NCBI RefSeq assembly: GCF_018977255.1
Contig: NW_024704761.1
Coordinates: forward strand, 186,001-250,000
Direction: 5' to 3'
From: Callorhinchus milii
Lineage: Eukaryota
Length of the DNA: 64,000 nt
Position 1 is the stretch's first letter. The number at the start of each line of letters is the position of its first letter. A program made the translations under genes and the position numbers. Shown here piece after piece: positions 35,923-49,711 of the stretch. Under the pieces are notes generated by a model. It saw only the letters and a program-made list of their open reading frames with translations, was not told where the DNA came from and made no database searches.

Positions 35923-37234
35923 GATTTATGTAGAACCTTTCACAACAGGAGATTACTAGTGTTTACTAGTCCTGGTTGTGCACCCGAGCTGGGTGGGGGG
36001 TGGGGAGACGAAACCCGAGCTGGGGGGTGGGGGTTCTCGGGGGATTGGGGAGAGGGGATAGATGACTGAAAGCACTGTCCAAAATGTACGTCTTGATCTG
36101 GACCTCAAATGTGATGTTTAAACACTTTTGGCATTGAAACGTGTTGATATTTAGATCCCGTTGGGGGCTATTTGACTGTGGGATTATTTCAGTCCAGGGA
36201 AGAGTGGTATTCACGGCAGAATATTGTCTGCCTTTGGGATGTTGGTCCCATTGTGCAGGAATTTACTTTTGCTGTAGATTGTGAAAAGATTCAGAGCAAA
36301 CCCTTGTGGCAATGAGCTTCTTGGGCAGCAATGAAGCGTAGTGTCTGCAGAGAATGTCAGAATCCTGATTGCACTGTAGCTAGATATCTGAAGGTAGTAA
36401 TAATAATAATATAAAATCAGATGCATTCCAGCTTTAAACATAACTGAAAATTCAGGCAAGATTTCTTCACCTTGTTGTGAACCTATTTATTCTCAGTCAT
36501 CCCTCCGACCTTCTAAACATCTATTCCCAGCAATTGTTCTTCTTCAATATCTTCCCTCTGTCATTTTGCTTCTAAAATCTGTTCTGACACATTATGCTTT
36601 GTGGTTTTATCTCCCACAACCTCATTTTCCCTTTCCTGTTTTTTTCAATCTCTCTCTTTAATTTCTTTACTATGGTCATATTCTCTCTCTTCTGCCTGTT
36701 TCCAATTCTTTCATTACTGCCTTGTTCATTTCTTTCCCTCTCTCTCTGCTGTGAGATGTGTTTTATCTGAAAGGTACTACAGTACATAAATACAAGTTGT
36801 TATTGCTGTGTTTTTACTATGCTTTCCCCGGTTCTCAAATTTTCTCTCTAATGTTCTTACTGACCCAATATCACTCTCCTGATTTTTTATTCAACGGCTG
36901 AGTCTCTCTCACTTAGCGACACAATTAGGAATGTTTCGCCTCACTCAGTTCTGAGATGCATTCCCACTGCGGAGCACAGACAAGGTTAGAGTGTGCATTA
37001 ATATGTCCTGGTTCTTTCCATTGGAGATTGGAATCTGTTAAAAATAAAGCAGTTTATAATAATATTCCTTGCATTTGATAAAGCGCCTTATCACGTCTTT
37101 GAGACGTCTCAAAACACTTCACAGAATGTCCTGTAAAATGAATTGTTTGTGGGCAAATTCAGATAAAACTGATCTAAATGTGGAGGATTTGATAAATGTT
37201 TCCAGTGTGTCCCTGAGTCACACAGACTCACAAA

Positions 37235-37345
37235 TCTCAGATCTGGGCTGAGTTATCTGATCTCAGGCAAGGCAACAGTTCAGCGAAAATTTGCTTCATT
37301 GCCCCTGGGTTACGGAGGAGAAAAATCAACCAAGTCTGCTTAGAC
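37235..37345 (+). mobile_element. Old SINE-like element (family 3) fragment
   Basis: gctgagttatctgatctcaggcaaggcaacag...gcccctgggttacggaggagaaaaatcaacc. Confidence 0.7.
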
Positions 37346-39689
37346 CATACAGACATGATAACAAGCCTGGAAGTTGGTGCATTCTATCTATCTGCAGCAG
37401 CTTATGCCTATTCATTCATGGCATGTCGATCCTGTCACCGGCAGATGCTTCGTTTACTGTTGCCAACACACAATAATCCAACACCGCTCGGCCAAGGAAA
37501 GTTCCATACGGCCTGGTGTGTCACTGCTTCCACAACCAGGGCAAAACCCACCCTATCATGGACTTCACCCACCCACAGCGGGTGTTTGGAGTGAAACTAA
37601 CACTTCACAAGGCGACATTCAGAATCATACAAGTTTACAGCAGAAAAACGGGTCATTTGCTGTGTGCAATTGGCAGCTGCGTTTCGTCCACAAAATGCAC
37701 AGTCAAAACCATTTACAGTGTATCCGGTATTGCACTTTGAGTTGCCTCGATGACGTGATAAGGCGCTATATCAAATGCGAGGATGATGATGATTTCTCCC
37801 CATGTATCTGTGCTGGTGTTCGATCACAACTCTAATCCCATGACTTGCTCTTCCCCCATATCCTTTACCATTCCTGTTTTTCTCAAGTTTCCAGTTAGGG
37901 CTGGCGCTGTATCAGACAATCAGGCTATAAAGCCAATCTGCTTTATATGTGGGTGAGAGTGTGCGTGCGTGTTATGTGCATGAAAAAAGCAATTAAAAAA
38001 AATCAATGCAGCTTGATTTTTTCTTATTTAACTGAGCAAAACATTCTTTTTAAAAATAGCTGAAACAATCAGATTTTGGGGATGTGAAACGATGGGTGGT
38101 TTTAACTGACGATTTATGAAGCGCTGTTTTTTTCAGTAGCTACCGTCCTGCTTCGGGTGCTATTAGTTATTACGTCAGATTTATGATGGATATTGAGGTG
38201 TTTCAAATTGAATTACACTGTGTAAAAAAGGAGTGAGTTGATTCATAGAATCACACAAAGTACAGCATATCAGGAGATCCTTTGGTCCATTGAATATACG
38301 CTAGTGCTACCCCCCCTCCCACCTCCTCCCTCCCACTCCATCCCAATTCCCGGCACATTTAAACAGGGACCATCCATATAATTTAGGCCAATTCCCAACG
38401 TTACGCAGGGAAAACATGACACAAACGTTTACATTTTGCTCCAAGTGAAATAAAACCACGACACAACGCCAAACCACTCTCCCTAAACACCGTTTCCAAT
38501 GCTGCCCGTTATGTTATCACCGAAGATAGATACATCGACCTGAAGCTTTCTCAGCCACAGGCAGAATAAAGCTGTTTGGAACCTTACAGAGAAGTTGCAG
38601 ATTAATCATTCACGTCATGGCTGTTTGTGGGATTTGGCTGGTGATCAAACCGGCTGCCCCATTTGCCTACAAATACAGTCACTGTGCTTCACAGTAAAAT
38701 CCTGGGATGTGCTTTGAGAAGACCTGACGACATGCAAGGCACTATATCAAATGCAAGGAAGGATTATTATAACTCAATCATCTTTCCTCCCCTCCTCAGC
38801 TCCCCCCTACCCCCGTTTAGGTGCCCAGTCAGTTGTGTGAAGCGCTTTGAGAGGTCCTCCTGATGTGAAAGGCGCTGTATAAACGTAAATTGTATAAAAT
38901 TATACTGCATAATCGTGGGTTGGTCAATTGCACAAATTTAAAGAAACCTTGAGATCTTAGGCTGATTTTCCCCTCTGCTGCTCTCTACACTTGTGCTGGA
39001 GTACAGTTCTGGGGCAGAATCCCCAAATGTTAAGTGCGCGGAGGTGAATTTCTGGCAAGTAAAGGTTCGAGCTCCACTAGGAAGTCCCTGTGAGGGAAGA
39101 GCTGCTTACACTCACCATCTCGGCTCATTCACATACGAACGGCAAAGGGTTAATGGAGTCGGAGCTCTGTCTGAGAAGCTGAATGCTATCAGGTTGCTTC
39201 ATCATCGCATAATGTCACGTTCCAATCTATTAAGAATGGTTCTGCACATTATGTTTCCAATCCCTCGTCACAGCACTTGTCAGGGGGTTTTTTTTAAACA
39301 AAAAAAATGTGCTTTGAAGATTGATGTGAAAGGGAAGCTTATCAGTATTTTTTTAAAAAGAGTGAAGGAATCTTATGTATGGTTAAGATGTATGGATCAC
39401 TGCGGGCTTGTTGTTCCATGTTAACTAAACCGAGAGTTATTGGCAGTGTTACGAAATCCTCCAAGGTTTAATTCAAGATTCAATCCACTCTTTCAAGTAC
39501 TTTCTAAGATGAAGCGTACGCGAAAGCTCCCTCCCCTAAGAGGGTTAGTTCTCCCAATGTCTGCAGTCTGACTTGCTTAGAATAGTAATCGTCAAAGTGC
39601 CATGACGTAGCACAAGTATAGATTGAAAGAACTTTTTTTGAGCACCTCATTACATTAAAATATCTTAAACCACAAATTGCAACAGCAAT

Positions 39690-40013
39690 TCGAGACGACT
39701 CAAGGAGCTTCACAGAATATGCTGTTAAGTGTATTGACTGTATATTTTCTGGGCGAAACGCAGGAGCCAATTGCACACAGGCAGTGTCCCACAAACAGTT
39801 GTGGATTGAGTGACCAAATTATCATTATTATTTTTTTTGGATGGATTATTACCCCAGAAAAGCGATCCACCAATCGACTAACAACTGGGTTCCTACTTAC
39901 TGCTGGTAACAGAGGCGGGTGTGTGGAGTAAAGAAACTTGCCCAACGTTCCACCCTGCCTCGGTCCTCTCGCTTGCGAGGCAAGTGTTCTAACCTCTGAG
40001 CTACAGGGCTCCA
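39690..40013 (-). mobile_element. CORE-type tRNA-SINE, long variant
   Basis: Reverse strand: tggagccctgtagctcagaggttagaacacttgcctcgcaagcgagagg head, gggcaagtttctttactccacacacccgcctctgttaccagcagtaagtaggaaccc domain. Confidence 0.92.
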
Positions 40014-41104
40014 GAAATTATTTTATCCTTTTAAATAATGTCTTTAAAGTCCATCTCAGTTTAATGTCTTATTCAAAAGACAGAGCAGCACTGTTCCAAT
40101 ACTGGAACCTAGTCAACCTAGTCCAGGAGCTGAACGTGAAGTCTGAACCCACAATGTTCTGACCCAAAGGCAAGAACAATACCAACTGAGCCACACTGAC
40201 ACTTAATTGAGATCTGACCCATCACACATCTTGTTTGACTGCACCTATGATAACCTCCTCCTCTTCTCTCTCCCTTGCTCACGATCAGGCCACGACTGTG
40301 TGGCACTCCGAGGTGCTTTCCTGTGTGAAGGCCCTGTATGAATGCAGTATTGCAAGTGCAAATGGTCCATATTTGATCACAATTAAGTGGTTTGATCCCC
40401 ATAACCTACTAGTGCCTGGTGGGTATTTGACTTGCACGACATTGTTACACATTGAGTTTGAAATGAGAAGAAAATTAAATTCCACCCACTCTGGTCAGAA
40501 ACAAAACATGGATCGATAGGCTGTGCCGTGACACACGTGACGACGTCACATCCAGTGACAGGAAATAAAATTGGTGACATTTAGTTTCTCCGAACAATAA
40601 CATTGTTAAAGAGAGGAGAAAATGGAAGTTGGAGGAAGGAAAGGTCAGGCAAGAAAAAAATCTCGTTCTGCTATTTGTGGCGAGAACAATCCGGCTGGTG
40701 GCAGGTCAGAGGCTTAAACCACTACTTATAAACATGGTCCATGATTAGTACAGAACATATGTAGTGTGCATTGCCAATCTCTTGAATTGCATTGTAAGCT
40801 GCTCCCTCAAAACCAACCAATCGGTCACAAATACCAGAAGAACTGAACTGAAGAGAACCAGAATTGCTACAACTGCAGGGTTACATTCACACTTACACAC
40901 TTCAAGTCTGCTTTGTATTGGGCATGAAATCCCAGCCATTCCCATAACCATTCTGGATGTAATATGCACCTTTCTCCGTTGGCAAAGGAACCCTGGAACA
41001 GCAGAAAGTGTATTGCAAATTGCCAAGTATATCCCATCATTGTATTACATCGTCATCACACATCTCTTAATCGTTTGTCCTGAAACCTTTTCTTAATATC
41101 CCAT

Positions 41105-41410
41105 AATACCTTCACTTCTCAAGGACTGTATCTATGTCTCCATTTTGCTTCTAAAAATCCCGATTTCTCCTCCACAGCCTGCTATGGCAGTGCACTCCAC
41201 ATACTCACCAACCTTTGTGTGAAGCAATGTTTTCTGATCTCAGTTCTCACTGTGGTAGCTCCGATTTGAAGATTATGCCTTTGTTTTGGATTTCTCTACG
41301 AGAGGGAAGAGTTGTTCCCTATCAGGTTTGTCAATTGCCCTAATTATTCGAAATACCTCTGGTACCTCAAGTAGAACACCCCTTACCTCTTCAACTCTAG
41401 GAAATATAAC
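41105..41410 (-). mobile_element. CR1 LINE 3' fragment
   Basis: Translation RGVLLEVPEVFRIIRAIDKPDREQLFPLVEKSKTK, plus cacatactcaccaacctttgtgtgaagcaatg. Confidence 0.82.
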
Positions 41411-41414
41411 TCCA

Positions 41415-41700
41415 TATTTTTCGGGGGTAATAATCCCTTCAAAAAAAATATTTATTTTAAATAATATGGGCGTTTCGCCCACAAAATACGCAGTCACTCA
41501 ATCCACTTTACAATAATGAAGCTCTTTGAGATGTGTCAATGATGTGATAAGGCACTATAACAAATGCAAAGATTTCTATTACTATTATTGCTGTGTGCAT
41601 ATTGACTGCCACACTCACTAACGAATACACAATCACTCTATTTTACAGTAAATTTCTGTGAAGCTCTTTGAGACTACTCTCTGACGTGTAATGCACTCTG
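41415..41700 (+). mobile_element. Two tandem SINE 3' fragments just upstream of exon 2
   Basis: ggggtaataatccc..gtttcgcccacaaaatacgcagtc..gtgataaggcac, then tttacagtaaatttctgtgaagctctttgagac. Confidence 0.82.
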
Positions 41701-41757
41701 ATCAAAGCAAAGGTTACTATTGTACGTTATAAGTGTGTTTTCCGTGCACTGTTCCAG

Positions 41758-41915
41758 GGCTCTGGCAGACATTCTGAGGAACCAGGGTCCAATCCCAGTC
41801 CCGCACTGCGAGAGAGAGAACGTCACCGCCATCGACGGGATCCCCAAGGGAAATTCCCCTGTGAGAACCTCCAAAAACCACTTCACCCCCATCCGTACAA
41901 CTAAGGGTAGTCATG
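41758..41915 (+). CDS. SHISA6: Shisa6-like coding exon 2 (158 bp)
   Basis: Acceptor TTCCAG|G, donor CATG|GTAAGT. Phase 2 in, phase 1 out. Encodes (R)ALADILRNQGPIPVPHCERENVTAIDGIPKGNSPVRTSKNHFTPIRTTKGSH, matching the SHISA6 segment RALADILRQQGPIPIAHCERE...KNHYTPVRT. Confidence 0.93.
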
Positions 41916-42199
41916 GTAAGTGCAACTTTATCAAAATATTCATACAAAACCACAGTAACTACGGCACAGAAGGAGGCCATTCGACCCTCTTGTCTGTGCT
42001 AACAGGGTTCTCTAATCTTTGAAGCGTCTCAACGATGTGATAAGGCGCTGTATCAAATGCAAGGATTATTATTATTGTATAATTTCAGGAGAGCCAGTCT
42101 GTGCAGTGTGGTTCACTTTGGTATTTGTGAATGAAAGGACTTTTTTGTTTTCAATGGGGCTTTTAGCAAAACGAGGTGAAATCTAGCTTTCGTGAATGA

Positions 42200-42345
42200 T
42201 ATAATAATAATAATCCTTGCATTTGATACAGCGTCTTATTATGTCTTCGAGACTTCTCAAAGCGCTTCACAGGATAGACTGTAAAATGAATTGACTGTAT
42301 ATATTTTGTGGGCGAAACGCGGCAGCCAATGATGCACAGCAGGTG
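42200..42345 (-). mobile_element. SINE 3' part downstream of exon 2
   Basis: ataataataataatccttgcatttgatacagcg...ctcaaagcgcttcacagga...gggcgaaacgcggcagccaat. Confidence 0.9.
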
Positions 42346-44839
42346 TTGCAATGGGGTCCGAGTGTAAAACCAGGCCAATCGGTTTCAATAGACAGCATGT
42401 GACTCAGTGAGCGGCCAAATGACAGGCCACCTGAATGATAAGTTACACCTCTTTCAAAACTCTGATTGGTGCTGAGAGAGCAGTTTCTTCATCCTCGGCA
42501 CAAACGAGGGCTTTGTTTTAACTCGCATTCCAATCGCGCTGTCCACACGCACATTAAGAGCAAATCATATGAAAATGAACGGCGAGTAAAAATACACCGT
42601 CTTTCTAAAATAAAAAAAGTGGGACACTCAGTCCCAGTTGGTGCAGTTTCTGGGACACCGCACATAGGTAACACCAACGGCTGCCCGGCCCTTCGTGCCT
42701 TTGAAGAGAAGAGAAAATAGGACAGAGTAACCCTGGCGTGTGTACCTAGGAACCTCGAAGAATCGCAGCCCAGTAAATCCAGTTCCTGACACAATTTCTG
42801 CTCAAGTGGATCTTAAACTCCTTTCTGCTCGCTGAATAGGTGACACTATTTTACAAGGACTGTCGAGGTTGAGTGACTTTGGTATCTGTTTGAAAGTTAG
42901 AGGCACACTGTGACAATTACATGCCATGCAAGGTTGGGAGCACTTGACATCAGGGGTTTTGCGCTGTGTTGAGCCACACTGGAGTCTTAATGTCTTCTGT
43001 ATCTGTAAGGAAACTCAAAACTCTTGCCAATCACTTATAATGTGGAGGTTACATTAAAGATCAGGGTTTATACAGCCAGGGTTGCAATCAGACTGAGCTC
43101 TGGACAATAGATATTTCCTGTTAATTAAGCTCTCATTCATTTTTAAATCTCTGGTGTTCTGTGTCGTGCGTTGTAAAACATTTCAGTATTGGAGTCCGAA
43201 GCTTGTTGTATCGATTTCTGACTGTAACCTTCTGAAGGTCGATACGCGGAGCATCTCTCTATCTATCCATCCATCCGTAACTCCCTGAGCTCTATATGTG
43301 GAGACGTCTTCTGAGTGTATAATAATCCTTGACATTTGCCGAGAACCAGACACAAAAGAGAATTTACAATCTGAGCTCTATGGGCAGATGAGGATCCCTT
43401 GCAACCAAATCATTGTTGTAGGGATCTTTGTTCAGTACATCTGCCAGGAATCCTTCCGCCTTTTCCTGGAATCATTGGATGAATCTTGGAATATTCCTGG
43501 AAAACATAGGCTAACTTTGTCCACTGTTTAAGGCTAATTCGCGCTGAACCATGAGAGATGGTGAAATGGAATTAAAAGATCTGCTAAAGTCTAAAAAAAC
43601 AGCAGAAGAAGTTTGATGGGCTGAATGGCATCCTCCTGCTCCAATGTGCAGCCACTCCAATATCCCCCCAGGCCAAATGCAATGTAAAGAGCTCACTAAC
43701 AAAACAATAACGAAAGTGGTGGGCCTTCTCTCTGATATTAAATTGCTCTGGTTGTTAATGGCAACACGATTATCAGCAGGGAGGTTCCCATTCAGAATTG
43801 TAGGAATAATCCAAAATAGGCCAAATCTAAAGTAACGGGGGCAGCGAGAGAAAACGCACCACTGAATTCTTGAAATAACACATGGTGTCAATTGCAATGG
43901 CCCTCAATTGTTAGTTATAAACTGGAAGATTGTAATCCTGGGTTTCAGCAGAGGTTTTGTGCTGGACATACTGAAGGTTAGGCTGTGAGGAGATGTCCTC
44001 CTTCCTTGAAAGAGTTGCTACATAGTAAACAAGGATTATTTTGAATTTATTACTTATTGAAATCCGTCTCACTTCTCATTCAGAATCCTGTGCTCCCATT
44101 GTTAATGACGTGAAGAGATTAGTTTATGGGAAAGAAGCTACGCAAATGAAACTTGTTATGTGGTGCAGTGTGGCTGCATCTATACCATTGGGGAAATTGT
44201 GAAAAATGACACTTTACATCATTTGAGAGACAAAGTTTTCACAAATCACTGAAGTGCCACCTCATATCGCACCTATATAAATATGTGTGACAGTAATTGC
44301 ATTAATTAGACAAAATAAGGACAGGCTTGTAACTCAGCTATACGCAGCATCTAATACATTGCAACAACCGATTGTGTACAAAAAAAGGCTGAAGACAGCA
44401 GTGCGCAAAAACATTCTGTGGGCTTACAGTGAAGTGAACATTAAAGAACTAAATGACAAGGTCCTCTTTCTGATGAGGTTAATTAAAAGAAGTAGTTAAT
44501 TTCTTTTAAAAGCAGAATTGCAGCTCCTTAAACCGTCAGCTGAAATCATACATCCTTGATGTGATCTGTGAGAAACAGCACAAGAGCAAATACAGTACTG
44601 AGATCAGTAAAACTGTTTGGCTGATAAAGCAAATTAAATGTCAGTAAAATGTACTTTCTCACTATCTGATTCATTGATATAATTGCAACTCCTTTGTAGC
44701 CTAGTGTAGATGAAAAATTATTCTGCAAACAATAAATATACCTTTCACTGGTGAAATGCAATGAAATGCAGCTTATTTGGTGAGGAAGCTGCACAAGGTT
44801 ATAAAAGATTGAACAAAATATAATCCTCTCTTAAACTTG

Positions 44840-45180
44840 GTTCCATTGGTAGCGCTCAGTCCTGGGGAATGTGCTGCATTGTCAGGGGTGAATGGGACAT
44901 TAAACCAAGGTCCCATCTGTGCCTGTTCAGGTGGACGTTAAAGATCGCATGTGCCTATTCAAAAAGACAAGGGAGTTTCTCTCTGCCAGTGCCTCGCTAA
45001 CAAACCCCAAATAAAATGGATCATTCATTTCAAGGCTCTTTGTGGGATATCGCTGTGTGTAAATTGACAGTCACATTCGCCTGCAAAATACAGTCACTGC
45101 ACTTGACAGTAAATCCTGAGAAGCGCTTTGTGAAATTTTTCCGACATGAAAGGTGCAATATCTAACGGAAGGATTGTCAT
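44840..45180 (+). mobile_element. Deu-domain SINE
   Basis: ggacattaaaccaaggtcccatctgtgcctgttcaggtggacgttaaagatcgcatg...gaagcgctttg tail. Confidence 0.87.
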
Positions 45181-46864
45181 TAAAGAGCAGATTGAATCAC
45201 AAACTCTTTAATATCATGAAATAATAAGAGTAGCAGAGTTATACATATCGCTCTCCAAAAAAAGGCTGCAGTTTCCAATTGCACCCAATGGGATGTGGAG
45301 TGGGCAGTGGAATTCAGCTGTCACTTACAGCAGTATAAATACAGCCTTAACACAGTTACGAGTAGCGCAAAGTTCATTAGTCTCTCGCAACCACCAGTAA
45401 ACCAGGGATTCATCCCAAATAAACTAAAATAATTGCCGAGGTGCATCACAGATCTGATCAGTGGTGCATGTGTGATGGTTCTTTCTCATTTACACATAGC
45501 ATTAATAAGGCTGTAGAATGTAATCAGACACCGACAGTGACAATTTATACCGGCGCTTGCCATGAGAGCACTCTACCTGTAGGGAACAATTTGAGTCGAA
45601 TATCGACAAGGGAATTAGGAGCAAATCAGACATGGGTTATTACGGCACTTGAACCACAATCCTAATAGACTTTGCTGCGCTCAACGCTACAGTTTTATGC
45701 AGTTCCCATAATTTGAGGCATTCGTCAATTGAGTTTTCAATCGATTTAATTTTGGGGGATTTTTTTAAACAAGGTTCTCTATCTAATTTGTCCCGTGCTA
45801 TCACTGTCCCCCCTGCCAATCCCCCACCCCACAACACTTGAACGTAGCGGGTAGGTTCACAGGCCAAATGGGAACCCAGTGGTGAGGGGTGCGAATGGAA
45901 GAGATCTGAAATATTAAATACAGAATTCAGAGCAAGATGAGAAGTGATCACAAAGCAGATAATAATAATAATAATTCTTACATTTGATATAGCATCTTAT
46001 CAGATGTCTCAAAGAATTAAGATGAAAGAATTACAAAATAACCTGAACTACAGAACGTGCCAAGCAATGTTTGGCATTTGTGTAGAAACTGAGCTGGGGA
46101 TGGAACTTAATCCAGGAGTGTGGGTTCCTGGAGGGATTTCAGGACAACAATCTCAACAAGCAGGAGAGACATCATAAAACCACAGGATAGAAGCCTGACC
46201 GACTGACCAGTCTGGGGATGAACCCATGAGGTTGTTGGGGGCAGTAGGTGTTTGGCTATTTGGATAATCTGCAGTCTTAATGTTCTGGGTGCTTGGTTTG
46301 GTCTGCTTTGTGTTGTTGGCAGAGTAAAACAAACTGGTGTAATTCATGTGTGATGACAAGCACGCAAATGACACCATTACCCCAGATATCTGACAAATAC
46401 CTCGCTGTTCATTACTGAAAAAATTCTATGGGCACTAATTACATATTTCACATGAATCTATCTGCGTATTTCACAAACATTAATCACAAACTCGCGACAA
46501 CACAGAATCCTAAATGGAAAAGCATACGATACGGATCTCATACAAGATAACAATCTCCCTGTAATTAACTGATGACTGTTTATCTGTACACTCACACTAA
46601 TGGCACTGCCAGCTCGTTCATTATCCTTCGTTGAACAATGTATTGTTAGCTTGGCGTTTGATACCGAAATGCGAAAGGGATTGCACTGGCTCGAAGGTGA
46701 CAGCTGGTTTAAAAACAAATTTGGCTTCAATGGAGACGAGGCTTCGTTCATCAATTGAAACCATCCACTTTTCAACTCTCATTTATCAACAGCCGGATGA
46801 TTTGCGCAACAACAAATGCACATGACAAGCTCTCCCCACAGTGCACTGCTTCTTGCTAACCCAG

Positions 46865-46985
46865 GTTTGGAAGGATCTTAGTTTGATCTCATGGTTAGCT
46901 GATCTCAGTGAGGAGGAGAGGTTGGCAGGGATGTTCCATTCACCCTCAACAGCCCTGGGATTGGGAAAGGGTCAGGAGCAAATAA
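46865..46985 (+). mobile_element. Old SINE-like element (family 3) fragment
   Basis: ggttagctgatctcagtg...cagccctgggattgggaaaggg. Confidence 0.6.
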
Positions 46986-47567
46986 CTCAACTAAGAATAG
47001 TTCTCACAACACCGGAAGTGTGAGAGAGTGAATTGCTGTGAAGTGTAGTGACTGATTTTGGGAGGCAAAATGCAGCAGCTGTTTTGCACACAGCGAGGTG
47101 CCACGTACGTCAAAGACGGGAGTGATTGTTGGCAGCCCAACACTCGGCTGGCATTACTCCTTCGCTGGTGTGTTTGCCCACTCTGGCCAATCCTGGTTTC
47201 TATGTTGACTCCCAGTAAGAGATGTGATACGATTTCAGGGCTTCGACTGGGGTCCATAATCAACAGACAACAGACCAGCTGATGAACCTCACACACAAAC
47301 TGTGTAAATAGGGCAGTGTTTCTCAGCTACAGAAATGAGAGCAGCTGGTGGCAACCAGCGAGAGTATTAAATGGACTGCTTGTCAGTGTATCACCGGGAA
47401 GCACTGTGGGAGAGTGCGCTGTACGTACAGAGCAGATTTTTCTACGTATGTGAAACCTGTCACGCGCAGAAGATAAAAAGACAACTAAACACACAGCAAG
47501 TTTCCACCTCTTACAATATCTACTTTTTGATTGTAACGGCCAACCCGAAAAAACACACGTCATCTTA

Positions 47568-47677
47568 TCACCCACAAATTATACAGTCAATTCACTTTAT
47601 AATATATTCTGTGAAGCACTTTGAGATGTCTCAAAGACGTGATAAGGAGCTCTAGCAAATGCAAGGATTATTATTAT
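47568..47677 (+). mobile_element. SINE tail
   Basis: cacccacaaattatacagtcaattcacttt...gtgataagg...aaatgcaaggattattatt. Confidence 0.88.
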
Positions 47678-48259
47678 CGTAAATAGATATGTTGGTTACA
47701 AACTTTAAAACGCCATCTTTTTTCCCCCCAAGAAAACAGAGTAAATAAACCTAAGACTGGGTGGTGTAATACATTAGCATGGAGACCTGGAGATGTGTGT
47801 GTGTGGGGGGGGTGGTGCGAGGTTGAACACACAACCCTCTGATTCAGACAGGAGTCCACTCACTGAGCCAAATTGTTCTCATATTTAGCTGCTAAAATCA
47901 CAATGTGTGATTCCTGAATCGTGGATATAAAGCCTGGATTGCCTTGTTTCTATGGTGCGGTTCACACTGGGCTACACAGTACATGTGGGAGGGACAGAAA
48001 TTAAGGGATATACAGAGAGGAGGAGTGATGCTACTCAAATCTTCCAGGTGGGCGGATTGTGAGATCGGGAGGAACTGAGACAAGAATGAACTTCAAAGGG
48101 GGCTTTTAAATGAACAAAATGTGATGCAAACAAAACACTTAATTAACATTCACATTTACCAGATGATACTCATCACGTGATGTGTTAATTACCACATTGT
48201 ACGTGACAGTGTAAGATAAGATACCGTGGACTGAAATGAGGGACTTGAAATCTGGATTG

Positions 48260-48672
48260 GGAAACATTGAATCCTGGTGGGGAGAAAGTGCGAATTCCCT
48301 GCCGGCACTCTGCTCTGATATAGTCCGCACTGATACTCCTGTGCAGTGTTGGGGGAGCACTTCATTGTCGGAGGTGCCATCCTTCTTATGAAATGTTAAA
48401 CCGAGGCCCTGTCTGCCCGTGTCTGTTCAGGTGGATGTTAAAGATCCCATGGTGCTATTTGCAAAGAGAAGGGAGTTTCACTCTGTCTCTCGGTGTCCTG
48501 GCCAACAATCCTTCAGATAAAACTAATTTGTGGAACATTGCTCTGTGCAAATTGGCTACATACCTCTTTCACCTACAAAATACAAAGTCACATCACTTCA
48601 GTGTATAATTGCAAAGTGCTTTGAGACATCTTGATGCTCTGATAAAGCGCTATATCAGATACATTATTATTA
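48260..48672 (+). mobile_element. Deu-domain SINE
   Basis: gtcggaggtgccatcc..atgttaaaccgaggccctgtctgccc..ttcaggtggatgttaaagatcccatgg. Confidence 0.9.
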
Positions 48673-49169
48673 ATATTTCACCCTGTCAGAGGCAAACAGC
48701 ACCATCCTGATTATCACCATCACATGCCAATTATGATCAGCTTCACACTTGTGTGGCCTGGTTTGCCTGATACGCAGTGTCTTGAAATTCCAAGCTAGAG
48801 CTACATTTTTGATCACCTCTGATTCACTTGACCACATTGGTGTTGTCAGACAAGGGCAGATTAAGCCTCCGTCTCTCTAGAGGAGGAAATCTATGAGAGG
48901 AACAGAAAAGTGAAACTCAACTGTAGTCATCTGTTTGCTGTGAATTAAAATTGAGATGAGGGGTGTCAGCGCTGGTTGTGAAACGTGTTGTCCTACTTTG
49001 CTCAGTGAGGTTAGATGTAGCCCTGGTTGGATGTAGGATAACAAGGGGGGAGCGGGAGAGGCTGCAACCAAAGCACTGTTCCTTTCTGCACCAACGTGGC
49101 CATTTTGTTTGCAACATCAAACATTCTTGAGCTAGGAAACAGCTCGCACTAGATCACCACGATGCCAAA

Positions 49170-49570
49170 AGACATCTCCAGTATCTTTACCCATTCTTCA
49201 TGCTTGGGTTCTGGCCACAAACGTTGGCAGGTTATTTGATGCTGAAGTGGATCAAATCCAAGCCTGACCAAAACCTTTCTCTTCTCTCCCCGCCCCAGAA
49301 CATTCAGTGAGGAGCTTTGCCAATATCTCCCCTTCCCAACTCAGGGAACAGAGATCAATCATAGCACGTTAGCTATTGAGTTGAACACAACAACAACAAC
49401 AACAAGATTCCATTTATAGAGCGCCTTTCACTTCGGGAGGACGTCCCAAAGCGCTGAACACATTCCGAGGCGTTGCTCCACTATATCAATGCAAATGGTT
49501 GTTGTTGAATATTGTGCTTTGATGACTGGAATCTCACAGCACAGAGCAAGGATCATACCCTGGTGTTTCG
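49170..49570 (-). mobile_element. Family-3 SINE-like fragment with an inserted L2 tail (49386-49460)
   Basis: ccattcttcatg..gttggcaggttatttga, and (aac)n aagattccatttatagagcgcctttcacttcgggaggacgtcccaaagcgctg. Confidence 0.6.
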
Positions 49571-49711
49571 TGATACCTAGAGATCAATGTCAGACCCTCT
49601 ACTCTTTGAGCCATTGTTCAGGCGATTGTTCAGGCTGGGAGCGGAAGACCGCTTATCCCTGAGCTTCCAAAACACTGAAACAAATATTCCAAAGGCTGCT
49701 GTTTTACTGAC

